Shown here: positions 37,891-49,337 of the stretch, piece by piece | Position numbering within the stretch: the stretch's first letter is position 1 | Layout of the letters: each line of letters opens with the position of its first letter | NCBI GenBank assembly: GCA_045632845.1 | Contig: JAZQXL010000020.1 | Location: forward strand, 35,386-99,385 | Reading direction: 5' to 3' | From: Alphaproteobacteria bacterium | GTDB lineage: Bacteria; Pseudomonadota; Alphaproteobacteria; CAAHEQ01; UBA3637 | DNA length: 64,000 bases | Made by a program: the position numbers and the translations under genes | Notes under the pieces: model-generated | What the model saw: only the letters and a program-made list of their open reading frames with translations | What the model was told of the DNA's origin: nothing | Database searches by the model: none

Positions 37891-39069
37891 TTAATTTTCA
37901 GGAACCCCTTTTGTGTAATCATCAAAATAACCTTTGATTAAAACAACAGGTGTCCCTTTATCACCAGAACCTGTTGTTAAATCACATAAAGATCCAACCA
38001 AATCGGTAATTTGTCTTGGTGTTGTTCCAAGAGCATATGAATCATCACCTTTTTGTTTTTCTTCAATAGCTGATTTAATTGCATCTTCCAAATTACCATT
38101 TGCATTATCAGCAACAGCTTTGATTTTCACCTCATTTGGCATTCCTTTTAACCCAGATGTGTGCCCAGGGGAAACCACTGGATCTGCAAATTCCCAAATT
38201 TTTGTTTTTGGACACTTAAATCCACCATCACCATAGATCATCACTTCAATATTTTTGCCTGTTTTTGCATAGATCAATTTTTGCAACTCCGTACAAAAAG
38301 ACATTGAATCCCTTGGAAATAATTTTAAACGATTAGAATCAGCATAATTTGATCCTAGCAAACCATATTCACTCCATCCATGGGCTGTTGTAGGCGTTGA
38401 ACAAATATCTTCCAATGTGACAACTTGAGCACCTAAATCAGCCAACATTTTTTTGTGACGATAACGGGTGTGAATACTTGCGACAACAACTTGATTTGTA
38501 AGTTTTAAAATATCTTTTGGGTTGTTCAAAAGAACAATTTTAATTTTTGGAGAAATACTTTCATAAAGTTCAAGATAATCCGTTTTTGTAATTGGATGCA
38601 AATATGAACCAACTTTTTCCCTAAACGTTTCTTTTGTCATCACGTCAGAATATGGATTGATGTTTAATGTATATAAATCATCTTCATCCATTAAGGCATT
38701 TCCAACTTCATCTGCAGGGTATGAAAGGCAAACATAAACGGAGCCATCAACACCTTTTGCAATCCCTTCCAAAACTTTGGCAAAACGATTGCGTGAAAGA
38801 ATTGGAAATGCAACCGCAACATCCCCTGTTGGAAACTTTTGATGCACATCATTTGCAATGTCATCTGTTGTGATATAATTGCCCTGAGCTCTTGCCAAAA
38901 AAGATTCTGTAATCCCTAAAATATCTCTATTATTCAAAGAAATGGGCTGATATTCAGAACAACTAGCCTCTATCAATGTGTCTGAAATCATTTCTTGAAT
39001 ATCATCCCCTTGTTTAATAATGGGCATTCTCAAGCCATAAACAGAAGCTCCAACATATCTTTTATCCAT
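37891..39069 (-). CDS. CofE-like protein (F420-0:gamma-glutamyl ligase fold family), 392 aa
   Basis: MPIIKQGDDIQEMISDTL, LGSNYADSN and DKGTPVVLIKGYF parallel the CofE motifs LPLIKEGDDLAELI / NAGIDASN / GDGIPAVVVRG. Confidence 0.45.
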   Translation of the reverse strand: MDKRYVGASVYGLRMPIIKQGDDIQEMISDTLIEASCSEYQPISLNNRDILGITESFLARAQGNYITTDDIANDVHQKFPTGDVAVAFPILSRNRFAKVLEGIAKGVDGSVYVCLSYPADEVGNALMDEDDLYTLNINPYSDVMTKETFREKVGSYLHPITKTDYLELYESISPKIKIVLLNNPKDILKLTNQVVVASIHTRYRHKKMLADLGAQVVTLEDICSTPTTAHGWSEYGLLGSNYADSNRLKLFPRDSMSFCTELQKLIYAKTGKNIEVMIYGDGGFKCPKTKIWEFADPVVSPGHTSGLKGMPNEVKIKAVADNANGNLEDAIKSAIEEKQKGDDSYALGTTPRQITDLVGSLCDLTTGSGDKGTPVVLIKGYFDDYTKGVPEN

Positions 39070-39240
39070 TTAAATCCCTCCTTTAAAATATAAAAAGCCC
39101 CCCTTGTGGAGAGCTTCAAAACAATTAAATCAAAAAATAAAAAGCCATTTTGCAATATCTTTTAAAACAGTGTTATTTCTTACACTTAAATATAACAAAT
39201 TTTGCACCCTCTTTCAAGAGGAAAATATTTTCACATATAA

Positions 39241-39266
39241 AAAAACCGTCATTACTGACGGCTTTT
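39241..39266 (-). terminator. Intrinsic terminator directly after tRNA-Ser (AAAAGCCGTCA-GTAA-TGACGG plus T-run, minus strand)
   Basis: hairpin plus T-run. Confidence 0.4.
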
Positions 39267-39268
39267 AA

Positions 39269-39355
39269 TGGCGGAGAGTACAGGACTCGAACCTGTGCAT
39301 CATTTTCATGATGACGGATTAGCAATCCGCTGCATTACCACTCTGCCAACTCTCC
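39269..39355 (-). tRNA. tRNA-Ser (anticodon GCT) with long variable arm, CCA encoded
   Basis: Minus strand GGAGAGTTGGCAGAGTGGTAATGCAGCGGATTGCTAATCCGTCATCATGAAAATGATGCACAGGTTCGAGTCCTGTACTCTCCGCCA; anticodon loop TTGCTAA. Confidence 0.8.
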
Positions 39356-39426
39356 AAAGTGATGAGTCATAGTAGCAACCTTTTAATAAATTGTCAACAA
39401 AATTTTATCAAAAGGCTTAATTTCTT

Positions 39427-39888
39427 TTAATCTTTGTGATATGGGTGCCCATCCAAAATTGTTTTTGCACGATAAATTTGTTCTGCAAGAACAACTCTTG
39501 CCAACATGTGAGGCAATGTCATACGTCCAAAAGAAAGTTTATAATCTGCCTTTTCTCTTAATTTTTCAGCATGTCCATTGGCGCCACCGATTAAGAATGA
39601 AATACTTTGAACGCCTTCATCCAACCACTTACCAATTAACTCAGCAAACTCTCTGGAAGATGGAGTCTTTCCCCTTTCATCAAGGGCAATAATTTTTCCC
39701 CCTTGAGGAATGGATGAAAGTAACAAAGTAGATTCCGCTTCTTTTAACTGTTCAACAGTCAAAGTTTTCTTTTCTTCAAACTCTTTGATTGCAACAGGCC
39801 ATTTTGTTTTTTTCAAATAATCTTGAATGAGCGTATCTTCTGGTGTGTTTTTTTTCAACCGACCAATGGCAGCAATTGTTATTTGCAT
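39427..39888 (-). CDS. rlmH: 23S rRNA (pseudouridine1915-N3)-methyltransferase RlmH (SPOUT)
   Basis: ITIAAIGRLK...SFLIGGANGH...LSFGRMTLPHMLARVVLAEQIYRA...GHPYHK matches the RlmH/YbeA pattern. Confidence 0.8.
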   Translation of the reverse strand: MQITIAAIGRLKKNTPEDTLIQDYLKKTKWPVAIKEFEEKKTLTVEQLKEAESTLLLSSIPQGGKIIALDERGKTPSSREFAELIGKWLDEGVQSISFLIGGANGHAEKLREKADYKLSFGRMTLPHMLARVVLAEQIYRAKTILDGHPYHKD

Positions 39889-40328
39889 GGTTCTGTCCGC
39901 TTTTTATATTTGTTAGGAATCAAATCGGCAATTGGGACAACTTCGTATCCTTTTTTATTATCTGCTGGCATAATAACCTCAGCATCTGGACCATAGTCAG
40001 CAATATATTCACGGCATTTACCACAAGGAGAAATCACATACCCATCTTGATCACGTACCGCAACAATCATTTTAATCTTCATATCTTTTTCAGCCGTTGC
40101 TGCATGACCAATGGTGATAATTTCAGCACAGGTTGCGAGTGATGGTTGATTTGTCCCCAAATGAAGAGCGGCATAAACATTGCCTGATTCCGTCAAAAGA
40201 GCAGCTGACACAACAAAATGATGCCCCTCTTTCATATATCTTTCTTTTAACAACTTTTGTGCAGCTTTGATGAGTGCGTCTGGTGTTACATTTTTTTTAA
40301 CCATTTTATTCTCCTGCAATTGCTTCAA
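39879..40328 (-). CDS. cdd: Cytidine deaminase (homotetrameric CDA type)
   Basis: zinc ligand motifs CAEIITIGHA and SPCGKCREYI; 149 aa. Confidence 0.7.
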   Translation of the reverse strand: MKQLQENKMVKKNVTPDALIKAAQKLLKERYMKEGHHFVVSAALLTESGNVYAALHLGTNQPSLATCAEIITIGHAATAEKDMKIKMIVAVRDQDGYVISPCGKCREYIADYGPDAEVIMPADNKKGYEVVPIADLIPNKYKKRTEPCK

Positions 40329-41073
40329 TCATGTTATCCAAAGATTCACGCTCAGCTGGTTTATAATTCACTGGTTCTTGCGGAACCTCTTTTTTGGGTT
40401 CGATTGGCTTTAATTTAGAAGATTTTTTCACTTCATTTACCAAATTTTCTAATGCTTTTTTATTTGTATTTTTAGGCGGCATTTGACGTTTTAAATCTGT
40501 TCCAATTTTGGGTTGAACTTCTTCAACTTTACCATCTTTATTGACATTTAAATCTGAGAGCACATTTTCTGGAACAAAATATTTGAGTAAATCAACCGTT
40601 TTTTGAATATATGGCATTGAAAAATTTTCTTTTTCCATATCTGCTAATTGCTTTTCAGACAAAACCATTGTCCCTCCGATAAAAAGCAATGACAACAACA
40701 AAGCAGCTCTTAAAACACCAAAGAAAAGACCTAAAATACGATCTAACCCACTTAAAGAACTGCTTCTTAACCGTTTTGTAATTTGCGCATTGATAATGGT
40801 CATAACAACCAAAATAACCAATACAATTACACCAGATCCAACAACACCGGCTAACATTTTGTTATCAAAAACACCTGATAATAAATTTGTCATCGGTCCA
40901 AAACTATACAAAGCACCAAACCCTGCCAAAATCCATGAAGAAATACATAATAATTCACAGACCAAGCCACGATAAAGTGCAAATAAGATGGACAATGTCA
41001 AAGTAATCAAAACGATAATATCAATGAGCCCTATAACCATAAAATCTCCTTTTTTATCCCTGAAATGAATCAA
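40306..41073 (-). CDS. cvpA: CvpA-family membrane protein
   Basis: N-terminal four-TM region typical of CvpA; position next to radA. Confidence 0.5.
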   Translation of the reverse strand: MIHFRDKKGDFMVIGLIDIIVLITLTLSILFALYRGLVCELLCISSWILAGFGALYSFGPMTNLLSGVFDNKMLAGVVGSGVIVLVILVVMTIINAQITKRLRSSSLSGLDRILGLFFGVLRAALLLSLLFIGGTMVLSEKQLADMEKENFSMPYIQKTVDLLKYFVPENVLSDLNVNKDGKVEEVQPKIGTDLKRQMPPKNTNKKALENLVNEVKKSSKLKPIEPKKEVPQEPVNYKPAERESLDNMIEAIAGE

Positions 41074-42436
41074 TCAATGTTTTTAAATGACCAATCTCGG
41101 TTACTTTCAAATCTTTTACTTTTGGCTTTTGTTTGCGTTCTGGTGGAACAAGTGCTTTTTCAAAACCCAACTTAGAAGCTTCTTTTAATCTCAAATCTGG
41201 TTGTGGGACATTTCTAATTTCACCAGACAAACCAATCTCACCAAAAATAACCATATCAGAAGGCATTGGCTTTTGAACAAGCGCTGAAACAATTGCACTT
41301 GCAACAGCCAGATCGCAAGCAGGTTCTGTGATTTTTAATCCTCCTGCAACGTTTAAAAACACATCCTTGTTGGCAAGAGAAACACCACATCTTGCTTCTA
41401 AAACTGCCAAAATCATCAACATGCGATTATTATCCCACCCAACAACCGCACGCCTTGGAGCAGAACCGCCTTGTGGCGCAACAAGCGCTTGTATTTCAAC
41501 CAACAGTGGCCTAGATCCTTCAATCCCTGCAAAAACACAACTTCCTGCGATATTCCCGCGTCGCTCTGCTAAAAACAAAGCTGATGGATTTGGAACTTCA
41601 GAAAGCCCTGTTTCACGCATTTCAAAAACACCAATTTCATCCGTTGCTCCGAAACGGTTTTTAACAGAACGTAAAATTCTAAAATGATGGCCCCTATCCC
41701 CTTCAAAATAAAGAACTGTATCCACCATATGTTCAAGCACACGAGGACCTGCCAATGTACCCTCTTTTGTTACGTGCCCAACAAGAAATAAAACAAAATT
41801 TCTGCGTTTTGCAAGACGGATTAACTCATGCCCAGCCGCACGGACTTGACCAACTGTCCCTGGAGCTGAATCCAATGTATCTGTGTACATGGTTTGAATA
41901 GAGTCAATAACCACAACATCAGGTGCGTCATCTGTATCAAGTGAAGCAACAATATCTCTAACATTAATGCTACTTGCTAACTCAACAGGGGCCTTTGACA
42001 AACCCAAACGCATAGCTCTTAGACGAACTTGATCTGTCGATTCTTCCCCTGAAATATAAACACATCGTGTTGGAGCACCTTCTTTATTAACCCCTTGAGA
42101 TAAATTTGAAACTGTTTGTAATAGAAGGGTTGATTTTCCAATCCCTGGATCTCCCCCAACCAAAATAACAGAACCAGGAACCAACCCCGACCCACAAACA
42201 CGGTCTAATTCTTGAATGTTTGATTTCAAACGAAAAACTATTTCAGGGGCACCACTTAAGTCTGAAAAAGAAAGTTTTCTGCCCCCTAATCCACCCGTTG
42301 ATGTTTTAATTTCTTTTTCTGGCAAAGCTTCTTCTGTAATGGTATTCCACTCTCCACAAGCATCACACTTTCCCGACCACCTTGGGTGAACAGACCCACA
42401 ATTTTGACAGACAAACTGCGTTGTTTTTTTTGCCAT
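41054..42436 (-). CDS. radA: DNA repair protein RadA/Sms
   Basis: N-terminal zinc finger CQNCGSVHPRWSGKCDACGEWNT, RecA-like Walker A GDPGIGKSTLLLQ, KNRFG motif, Lon-like C-terminal domain. Confidence 0.85.
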   Translation of the reverse strand: MAKKTTQFVCQNCGSVHPRWSGKCDACGEWNTITEEALPEKEIKTSTGGLGGRKLSFSDLSGAPEIVFRLKSNIQELDRVCGSGLVPGSVILVGGDPGIGKSTLLLQTVSNLSQGVNKEGAPTRCVYISGEESTDQVRLRAMRLGLSKAPVELASSINVRDIVASLDTDDAPDVVVIDSIQTMYTDTLDSAPGTVGQVRAAGHELIRLAKRRNFVLFLVGHVTKEGTLAGPRVLEHMVDTVLYFEGDRGHHFRILRSVKNRFGATDEIGVFEMRETGLSEVPNPSALFLAERRGNIAGSCVFAGIEGSRPLLVEIQALVAPQGGSAPRRAVVGWDNNRMLMILAVLEARCGVSLANKDVFLNVAGGLKITEPACDLAVASAIVSALVQKPMPSDMVIFGEIGLSGEIRNVPQPDLRLKEASKLGFEKALVPPERKQKPKVKDLKVTEIGHLKTLIDSFQG

Positions 42437-43233
42437 TATTTTTTCTCTTTCCCCTCAATACGAATAGGCCCTTGAGAACTACCCGCAACAAATTGACGCA
42501 CATAGGGGTTATCCGTTTTATCCAACTCTTTAACGGTCCCCGACCAAATGATTTTTCCTTCATATAGCATTGCAATTCTATCTGCAATTTGACGGGCAGA
42601 ATTCATATCATGTGTAATTGTTAACGCGGTTGCACCCAATGTTTTCACACAAGACACTATCAATTCATTAATTACATCTGACATAATTGGATCAAGACCA
42701 GTTGTTGGTTCATCAAAAAAGATAATGCTTGGATCATTAGCAATTGCCCTTGCAAGACCCACCCGTTTTTTCATACCACCAGATAAATCTGCAGGATACA
42801 CATCTGCAACCATTTTTGGCAAACCAACTTGTGCCAATTTTTTAATCGCTAATTTTTTAGCTTGCTCCAAATCAACTTTTTTGTTTTGTGTTAAAGAAAA
42901 AGACACATTTTCCCACACATTCAAACTATCAAAAAGGGCTCCGCTTTGAAAAAGCATACCAATTTGGCTACGCACTTCTTCTTGTTCTTGTCGAGATAAA
43001 GTATCCAATCTTTTACCATCAATTTCAATGTGACCTTTGTCTGGTGTTAACAATCCCAGAATACATTTTAACGTTACTGATTTACCCGTTCCAGATCCCC
43101 CGATAATTACAAGAGATTCACCTTGTTTAATTTCCAAATCAACACCAGACAAAACCTTTTTATCTCCAAAAGTTTTGTGCACATTAACCAATTTGATTTT
43201 TGGTGTTTCACCATGTTTAGTCATCATATCCAT
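42436..43233 (-). CDS. ABC transporter ATP-binding protein, MlaF-like
   Basis: Walker A GGSGTGKSV, ABC signature LSGGMKKRV, Walker B IIFFDEPT. Confidence 0.7.
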   Translation of the reverse strand: MDMMTKHGETPKIKLVNVHKTFGDKKVLSGVDLEIKQGESLVIIGGSGTGKSVTLKCILGLLTPDKGHIEIDGKRLDTLSRQEQEEVRSQIGMLFQSGALFDSLNVWENVSFSLTQNKKVDLEQAKKLAIKKLAQVGLPKMVADVYPADLSGGMKKRVGLARAIANDPSIIFFDEPTTGLDPIMSDVINELIVSCVKTLGATALTITHDMNSARQIADRIAMLYEGKIIWSGTVKELDKTDNPYVRQFVAGSSQGPIRIEGKEKK

Positions 43234-43235
43234 CC

Positions 43236-44054
43236 TTAAACAGCAAAGAAAACTTCTGTTAAAATGTAGTTAAATATCAAAATCAAAATACTTGAAGAAA
43301 CAACCGCATTTGTTGTTGCTTGACCAACTCCTTGAGCACCCCCTTTGGAATTAAACCCATTATAACAACCCAACAAAGTAATAATAAAACCAAACACAGC
43401 TGCTTTTGTCATACCAGAAATCACATCCATTGGTTTTAAATATTCCCAAGTACTAATCAAATATGTCGTTGCATTAAAATCTAATTTTGATACGCCAATC
43501 ATATAACCACCACAAATACCGATAATATCCCCCAACAAAACTAAAACAGGTAACATAACAAGACCAGCAATTACTCTAGGGACAATCAAATATTTGATTG
43601 GATTTGTTGATAAAGTAGAAAGTGCATCAATTTGTTCAGTAACACGCATTGTACCAATTTCTGCAGCCATTGCAGCACCAATTCGCCCCGCAACCATAAG
43701 ACCCGCCATCACTGGCGCAAGCTCTCTTGTAACTGCTACAAGAACAACCAAAGAAACAGCACCCTCTGCTGAAAATTGTGAAAAACCACTATATGTTTGA
43801 AGAGCAATTACCATACCAGAAAAAAGCGTTGTTAATGCAACAACTGGCAATGAATAAAAACCAATTTCAACCAATTGGCGAACAAGTGCTTTCCAATAAA
43901 TAGGTGGCGTGCAACAATGATAAATCGTTTCAGCTGCAAAAATACCCAAAGATCCTGCACTTTTAAAAAATGCCAAAACAACTCTGCCGAGTTTGTTTAC
44001 AAACTGCAAAAATGAATCTAAAAATGTAAGTGTTTTTGAAGAATTATTTTTCAT
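43236..44054 (-). CDS. ABC transporter permease, MlaE-like
   Basis: MlaE-type permease topology and conserved region (GAAMAAEIGTMRVTEQIDAL). Confidence 0.7.
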   Translation of the reverse strand: MKNNSSKTLTFLDSFLQFVNKLGRVVLAFFKSAGSLGIFAAETIYHCCTPPIYWKALVRQLVEIGFYSLPVVALTTLFSGMVIALQTYSGFSQFSAEGAVSLVVLVAVTRELAPVMAGLMVAGRIGAAMAAEIGTMRVTEQIDALSTLSTNPIKYLIVPRVIAGLVMLPVLVLLGDIIGICGGYMIGVSKLDFNATTYLISTWEYLKPMDVISGMTKAAVFGFIITLLGCYNGFNSKGGAQGVGQATTNAVVSSSILILIFNYILTEVFFAV

Positions 44055-44184
44055 AAAATCAAAGCCTTTTTTATTAAATTTTTTATACTTTCACTATATC
44101 TATAGATATATAAAAAATCAAGCACTATCTTTTTTAAGGTTCAACTGAACAGAGGGATTAAAAAAAGAGGCTCCCGCCTCTTTT

Positions 44185-44907
44185 TTATGCTACGTTTGAA
44201 CGCCCTTGCATCATCCCTTTATATTGCGCTGAAGTCAACTTCATCGGAATATCAAACAAGGTAACTGGTGATCCGTTCGGTTTAGTATATGACTTTAAAA
44301 ACACATCTGGTTTTACAACTTGAATTTTATCATCCCCGTTTTTAACAACCACACAACCATTTTCATATGTTTGTTTTGAAAATGCAGGATCATCAAATGA
44401 AACAATACCTGAAAAACGGACAGCTAAAACTTCTTTTTTATCTTGATATTTGTGAAACCCTAAATTTTCAACACCAGAGTCCCAAACTTCAATCATATTC
44501 ATATTTGATTCAACAAAGTTTTTATCTGCTTGAAAAACATCTTTCAAACCAAGCGCATGTGTATACTTTAAAAACAACTTAATTTTATCTTTATCTAAAT
44601 TTTCTGGCTGATTATTAGATAACTGCATAACCTTTTTCAAAAGAGCTTTGCTTTGTGTTGGTGAAACATCATTAATCACAACAACACCTTCTCCATCTGA
44701 ACGCACTTGTTGCCAAGATTTGTCCTTTGAATTTAAAAACACAACACCTTTATTTTCAGATGATTTTACCCCTCCATTTTGAGACATTTGCCCATTTGAA
44801 TCATCTTCTTTTTCAAAAGCTGGTATCGGCAAAAGAAAACTCTGTGTTGCTGGAATAACAGCAAGAGCATTTTGAAAATTTAAATCTGCTTTACTTAGTA
44901 TAGCCAT
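44185..44907 (-). CDS. Hypothetical 240-aa protein
   Basis: ORF; bidirectional terminator (AAGAGGC-TCCC-GCCTCTT) at 44165-44183 between it and the mlaE-like gene. Confidence 0.4.
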   Translation of the reverse strand: MAILSKADLNFQNALAVIPATQSFLLPIPAFEKEDDSNGQMSQNGGVKSSENKGVVFLNSKDKSWQQVRSDGEGVVVINDVSPTQSKALLKKVMQLSNNQPENLDKDKIKLFLKYTHALGLKDVFQADKNFVESNMNMIEVWDSGVENLGFHKYQDKKEVLAVRFSGIVSFDDPAFSKQTYENGCVVVKNGDDKIQVVKPDVFLKSYTKPNGSPVTLFDIPMKLTSAQYKGMMQGRSNVA

Positions 44908-45018
44908 TCAACCTCCATCATTTTTTGGACTAGTTAAACATCTTTTTCAAAAAAAAGCAAGACAAAAAAACGGCTCTTTTTAAGAACCGTTCAATTAATT
45001 TTTAGAGTATTGTTTTTA

Positions 45019-48000
45019 TTATCTTTTACGTTTTAAATATCGTTTTTGGAACCATTCAAAAAATGTTTGAACCAACACATACAAAAGTGGAATTATGAAT
45101 AATCCAAGAACCGTCGCAAACAACATTCCCCAAAAAACAGGTACCCCAATTGCACGTCTACTTGCTGATGCTGCACCCGTTGCAACAACCATTGGCCATA
45201 CCCCTAAAATAAAGGAAAAAGCAGTCATTAAAACAGCTCTAAATCTTTCACGTAAGCCTTTGAGTGCTGCATTTACAATTGTGGCACCTTTTAATCGTTC
45301 TTCTTTTGCAAATTCAACAATTAAAATCGCATTTTTACTTGCCAAACCAATGAGCAAAATTAACCCAAGTTGGGCATAAATACTTAAAGACATGCCAGAA
45401 AAAAACAACCCAATCATGGCTCCATTAATTGCAACAACAAGTGAAAGCAAAACAGAAATTGGAACAATAAAACTTTCATATTGAGCAACCAAAAACAAGT
45501 ATGCAAAAATAATCGCTAATGCTAACAAATAACCAATCTGACCGCTTGAGTTCTTTTCCTGATAACTCATTCCAGACCACTCTATTCCAAATCCTGCTGG
45601 CAACTCTTTAATCAATGATTCAACATTCATCATAGATTCCCCTGTACTGCTTCCCTCTTTTTGAACAGCCATAATGGATGCTGATGGATACTGATTATAA
45701 CGACCAACAACACGTGGGGCGAGAACTTTTTTCAAACGAACCAACCCTTTCATTGGAACAGGATCCCCATTCACATTCATAACATATAAATTATTGATGC
45801 TTTCAATGTTTTGTCGATACATCCAATCAGATTGAAGCATAACCTTATTCACCTGTGTACCAAGATTTATATCATTCACATAAGCAGAACCCAAATAACT
45901 TTCTAATGTTGAAAAAATATTGCCAACTGGGACTTTCATACTTTCAGCCTTCACCCTGTCAATATCTAAGAAAATATTTGGTGTTTTTGCATTAAATGTT
46001 GAATATGCATACGCAATGGTTGGAGATTGATTAATCTTTGCCAAAAAGCTTTGCAAAGCTGCATCTAACTTTTGATAATCCATTGTTTGTTTAGATTGCA
46101 AACGAACATCCATCCCCCCAGCTGTTCCCAACCCAGGAATAGCAGGCATTTCAAAAAATTGAAAATCTGCTTCAGGAAAAACAGCTGTTTTTGCTCTTAA
46201 TCTATTCAAAATGGCAGTTGAATATTCTGAAGCTTCAGGTCTTTCAGCCCAAGGCTTTAACACAATAAAGGCCATAGCCGTATTTTCACCACGTCCTGCT
46301 AGCAAACTAAACCCAACAATACTTGAGATACCCTCAACACTTTTTTCTGATTTAATAATTTCATTAACTTTATCAACCAATTCATGCGTTCTTTTTTTTG
46401 AAGCCCCTTCTGGCAACTGCAAACTCATCGCAATCACTCCTTGGTCTTCATTTGGAATAAATGACGTTTTTGATATTGAAAATAACACCCAACTAAGTCC
46501 AACCAACAAAACAAAAATTGTTATAACAACAGGTATTTTTTTTGCTATAACAGAAACGCAAAGCGCATAAAAACGAATAATTTTTGCAATCTTTTGATTC
46601 ACACTTGCAAAAAATCCTTTTTTTCTTGGTTTAATCTTTTTCAACAACAACGAACACAATGCAGGAGACAACGTCAACGCGTTTAAAAGTGAAAACAAGA
46701 TTGCAACTGTAATTGTTACTGAAAACTGTTTATAAATTTCACCAACAATACCATCTAAAAATCCAACTGGCACAAAAATTGCTAACAACACAAAACTCAT
46801 AGCAACCAAAGCGCCTGAAATTTCGCTCATTGCTTGCCATGTGGCCTCTTTTGCAGTCATATGACTTTGTTGCATCAAATGAACTACGCGTTCAACAACC
46901 ACAATGGCATCATCAACCACCAGACCAATAGCCAATAACAGTGCAAAAAGAGTGAACATATTGATACTATAGCCCAATGCTAAAATAACCGCAAACGTTC
47001 CCAAAATTGAAACAGGAATTGTCAAAGACGGAATCAATGTGGAATAAAAATCTTGTAAAAAGAAATAACAAACTGCAATTACCAAAACAAGTGTGAAAAG
47101 CAGTGTAAAAACAACTTCTTCAACAGAGGCATCAATATACTTTGTTGAATCATACCCCAATTTATATTCTAACCCATCTGGGAATGATTTTGAAAGTTCT
47201 TTTAACGTTGATTTTAAGTTTTCCATCGTTTCAAGAGCATTTGCACCTGACGAAAGAGCAGCAGCAATCGTAATAGATGGTTGCCCATTATAAAGCCCAG
47301 ATATTGCGTAATTTTCTTGACCAATTTCAACTCTGGCAATATCCTTCAAACGAACAAGTCCCCCTTGCTCTGCCGTTCTCACAATAATTTGATTAAACTC
47401 ATCTGGTGTTTGCATACGACCATATGTTTGAAGTGTATAAATCATTGGGTTTGAGGCCTTGGTTGGCGCTGCACCTACTTTTCCCAAAGAAGGCTGATAA
47501 TTTTGAGTTGAAATAGCATTGTAAACATCTTGTGCAGTCAACCGTAATGCCGCCATTTTATCAGAATTCAACCAAACACGCATGCTTAACTTTGAACCAT
47601 AAACTGTTAAATTTCCAACACCTGGAACTTTTGACAATGGTCGCTCAATGTGATTATACAAATAATCACTCACCTCTTGCTCAGACATTTTGCCATCTTT
47701 TGCCATAAAGACAATAAAACCCAAAATATTAGAAGATTCCCTTTTAACAGAAATGCCTTGTCTGGTAACTTCTTGTGGTAACTTTGAAGCAGCTTGTTGA
47801 ATTCTGTTTTGAACTTTTACTTGCGCAAGGTCAGGATTAATCCCTGTTTTAAATGTAACTTTTAAATTATATGTACCATCCTCAGATGTTGAACTCATAT
47901 AAAGCATATCTTCAACACCGTTGATTTCATCTTCCAACGGAACCCCAACCATTTTTGCAATTACATCAGCACTTGCACCTGGGTAATTTGCCCGCACAGA

Positions 48001-48165
48001 AATTTCTGGTGGTGTTACCTCAGGATACAAAGCAATTGGTAATTTAAATAAGGCAATCAACCCAACTAAAACAATTACAATTGAAATAACAAAGGAAAAC
48101 CGAGGTCTTTGAATAAAAAATCCAGCAAACATATCAAATTTCCCCTTATCTATCTTTCTCAACAA
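45019..48165 (-). CDS. RND multidrug efflux transporter (AcrB/HAE1 family), 1048 aa
   Basis: 12-TM RND architecture; conserved [30 protein letters not shown] region (TM4). Confidence 0.85.
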   Translation of the reverse strand: MLRKIDKGKFDMFAGFFIQRPRFSFVISIVIVLVGLIALFKLPIALYPEVTPPEISVRANYPGASADVIAKMVGVPLEDEINGVEDMLYMSSTSEDGTYNLKVTFKTGINPDLAQVKVQNRIQQAASKLPQEVTRQGISVKRESSNILGFIVFMAKDGKMSEQEVSDYLYNHIERPLSKVPGVGNLTVYGSKLSMRVWLNSDKMAALRLTAQDVYNAISTQNYQPSLGKVGAAPTKASNPMIYTLQTYGRMQTPDEFNQIIVRTAEQGGLVRLKDIARVEIGQENYAISGLYNGQPSITIAAALSSGANALETMENLKSTLKELSKSFPDGLEYKLGYDSTKYIDASVEEVVFTLLFTLVLVIAVCYFFLQDFYSTLIPSLTIPVSILGTFAVILALGYSINMFTLFALLLAIGLVVDDAIVVVERVVHLMQQSHMTAKEATWQAMSEISGALVAMSFVLLAIFVPVGFLDGIVGEIYKQFSVTITVAILFSLLNALTLSPALCSLLLKKIKPRKKGFFASVNQKIAKIIRFYALCVSVIAKKIPVVITIFVLLVGLSWVLFSISKTSFIPNEDQGVIAMSLQLPEGASKKRTHELVDKVNEIIKSEKSVEGISSIVGFSLLAGRGENTAMAFIVLKPWAERPEASEYSTAILNRLRAKTAVFPEADFQFFEMPAIPGLGTAGGMDVRLQSKQTMDYQKLDAALQSFLAKINQSPTIAYAYSTFNAKTPNIFLDIDRVKAESMKVPVGNIFSTLESYLGSAYVNDINLGTQVNKVMLQSDWMYRQNIESINNLYVMNVNGDPVPMKGLVRLKKVLAPRVVGRYNQYPSASIMAVQKEGSSTGESMMNVESLIKELPAGFGIEWSGMSYQEKNSSGQIGYLLALAIIFAYLFLVAQYESFIVPISVLLSLVVAINGAMIGLFFSGMSLSIYAQLGLILLIGLASKNAILIVEFAKEERLKGATIVNAALKGLRERFRAVLMTAFSFILGVWPMVVATGAASASRRAIGVPVFWGMLFATVLGLFIIPLLYVLVQTFFEWFQKRYLKRKR

Positions 48166-49267
48166 GTGTGGGCTGTACTTTCATACCATTTCTAACCTTT
48201 TGAAGACCTTGAATAATTACCCTATCAGCGGCTTCTAACCCGGACAAAACAACTTGTTTATCTTCAAAAACATCACCCAGTTTAATATATTTTTGATGAA
48301 CTATATTATCGTCATCAACAGTCATCACATATGTCCCATGAACATCAGCTGATAAAGCTACTTGCGGAACAAGTAATGACGTTTTCCCCATATCAAATCG
48401 AATAAAAATATCCACATAATTACCTGGAACCATCAAATGGTCATTATTTTCAACATCAACATACACTGGAATAGTAGCTGTTTGCGCATTAATCTCATTC
48501 CCAGTAAACAATTCTTTTGCATTAACTGTTTTAACTTCACCACTTGGCAAAACAATATCAACAAAAGCACCCTTACTTTGTTTTGTTTTTTCTAAAAAAC
48601 GGTATCTCTCTTTATCTGTCACAGAAAAAGCAACCCGAACAGGGTTCATCTGTACAATACGAGCCAATTTTTGTGTATTAGGGCTCACTAAGTTCCCTTT
48701 TGTAACCAATGCTTTACCCACATATCCAGAAATTGGAGATTTAATTTCAGAATGCTCTAAATTCAACTCTGCCAAATCAAGAACTGCTTCAGCTTGTTGC
48801 AAAGCACTTTTTGCTGCATCAAATTGCTTATCGGTTACATCACCTGTTTTATGTAACTTAGCTATTCGATCATATTCCCTCTGAAGTTGCCAAAATTTTG
48901 CTTGAGCAGACATTAAATCTGCTTTATATTTTCTTTGTTCAATCACAAAAATTTTGTCACCTTCATTAATAAAAGATCCGTCTTTAAAAAGAATTTCTTC
49001 CAAATAACCTGACACTTGAGGGATAATGTCCACACTGTTAACTGCTTCAATTTGAGCAATATATTTTTTTTGATTTGAAATATTTTTTTCTTGCAAATTC
49101 TGTACAAGAACATAAGGATCACCCATTCCATAAGAAGCTGGTCGTGATGGCATCATTTTCCCATGTAAATACCAACCAAATGCACAACAAATACAACCAT
49201 ATAAAACTTTAGATAAAATTTTTGAGCTTTTAATTTTTTTTACTTTCATAAAAATACCTTCACACAC
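48146..49267 (-). CDS. RND efflux membrane fusion protein (AcrA-like periplasmic adaptor)
   Basis: N-terminal signal/anchor, coiled-coil region, 20-nt overlap with the RND pump gene. Confidence 0.75.
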   Translation of the reverse strand: MCEGIFMKVKKIKSSKILSKVLYGCICCAFGWYLHGKMMPSRPASYGMGDPYVLVQNLQEKNISNQKKYIAQIEAVNSVDIIPQVSGYLEEILFKDGSFINEGDKIFVIEQRKYKADLMSAQAKFWQLQREYDRIAKLHKTGDVTDKQFDAAKSALQQAEAVLDLAELNLEHSEIKSPISGYVGKALVTKGNLVSPNTQKLARIVQMNPVRVAFSVTDKERYRFLEKTKQSKGAFVDIVLPSGEVKTVNAKELFTGNEINAQTATIPVYVDVENNDHLMVPGNYVDIFIRFDMGKTSLLVPQVALSADVHGTYVMTVDDDNIVHQKYIKLGDVFEDKQVVLSGLEAADRVIIQGLQKVRNGMKVQPTLVEKDR

Positions 49268-49337
49268 TAAAAAAGAACAAAATATAGCAAAAAAATATTC
49301 GAAAAATAAAAAAATTTCAAGCGCAAAAAAAAGATTG

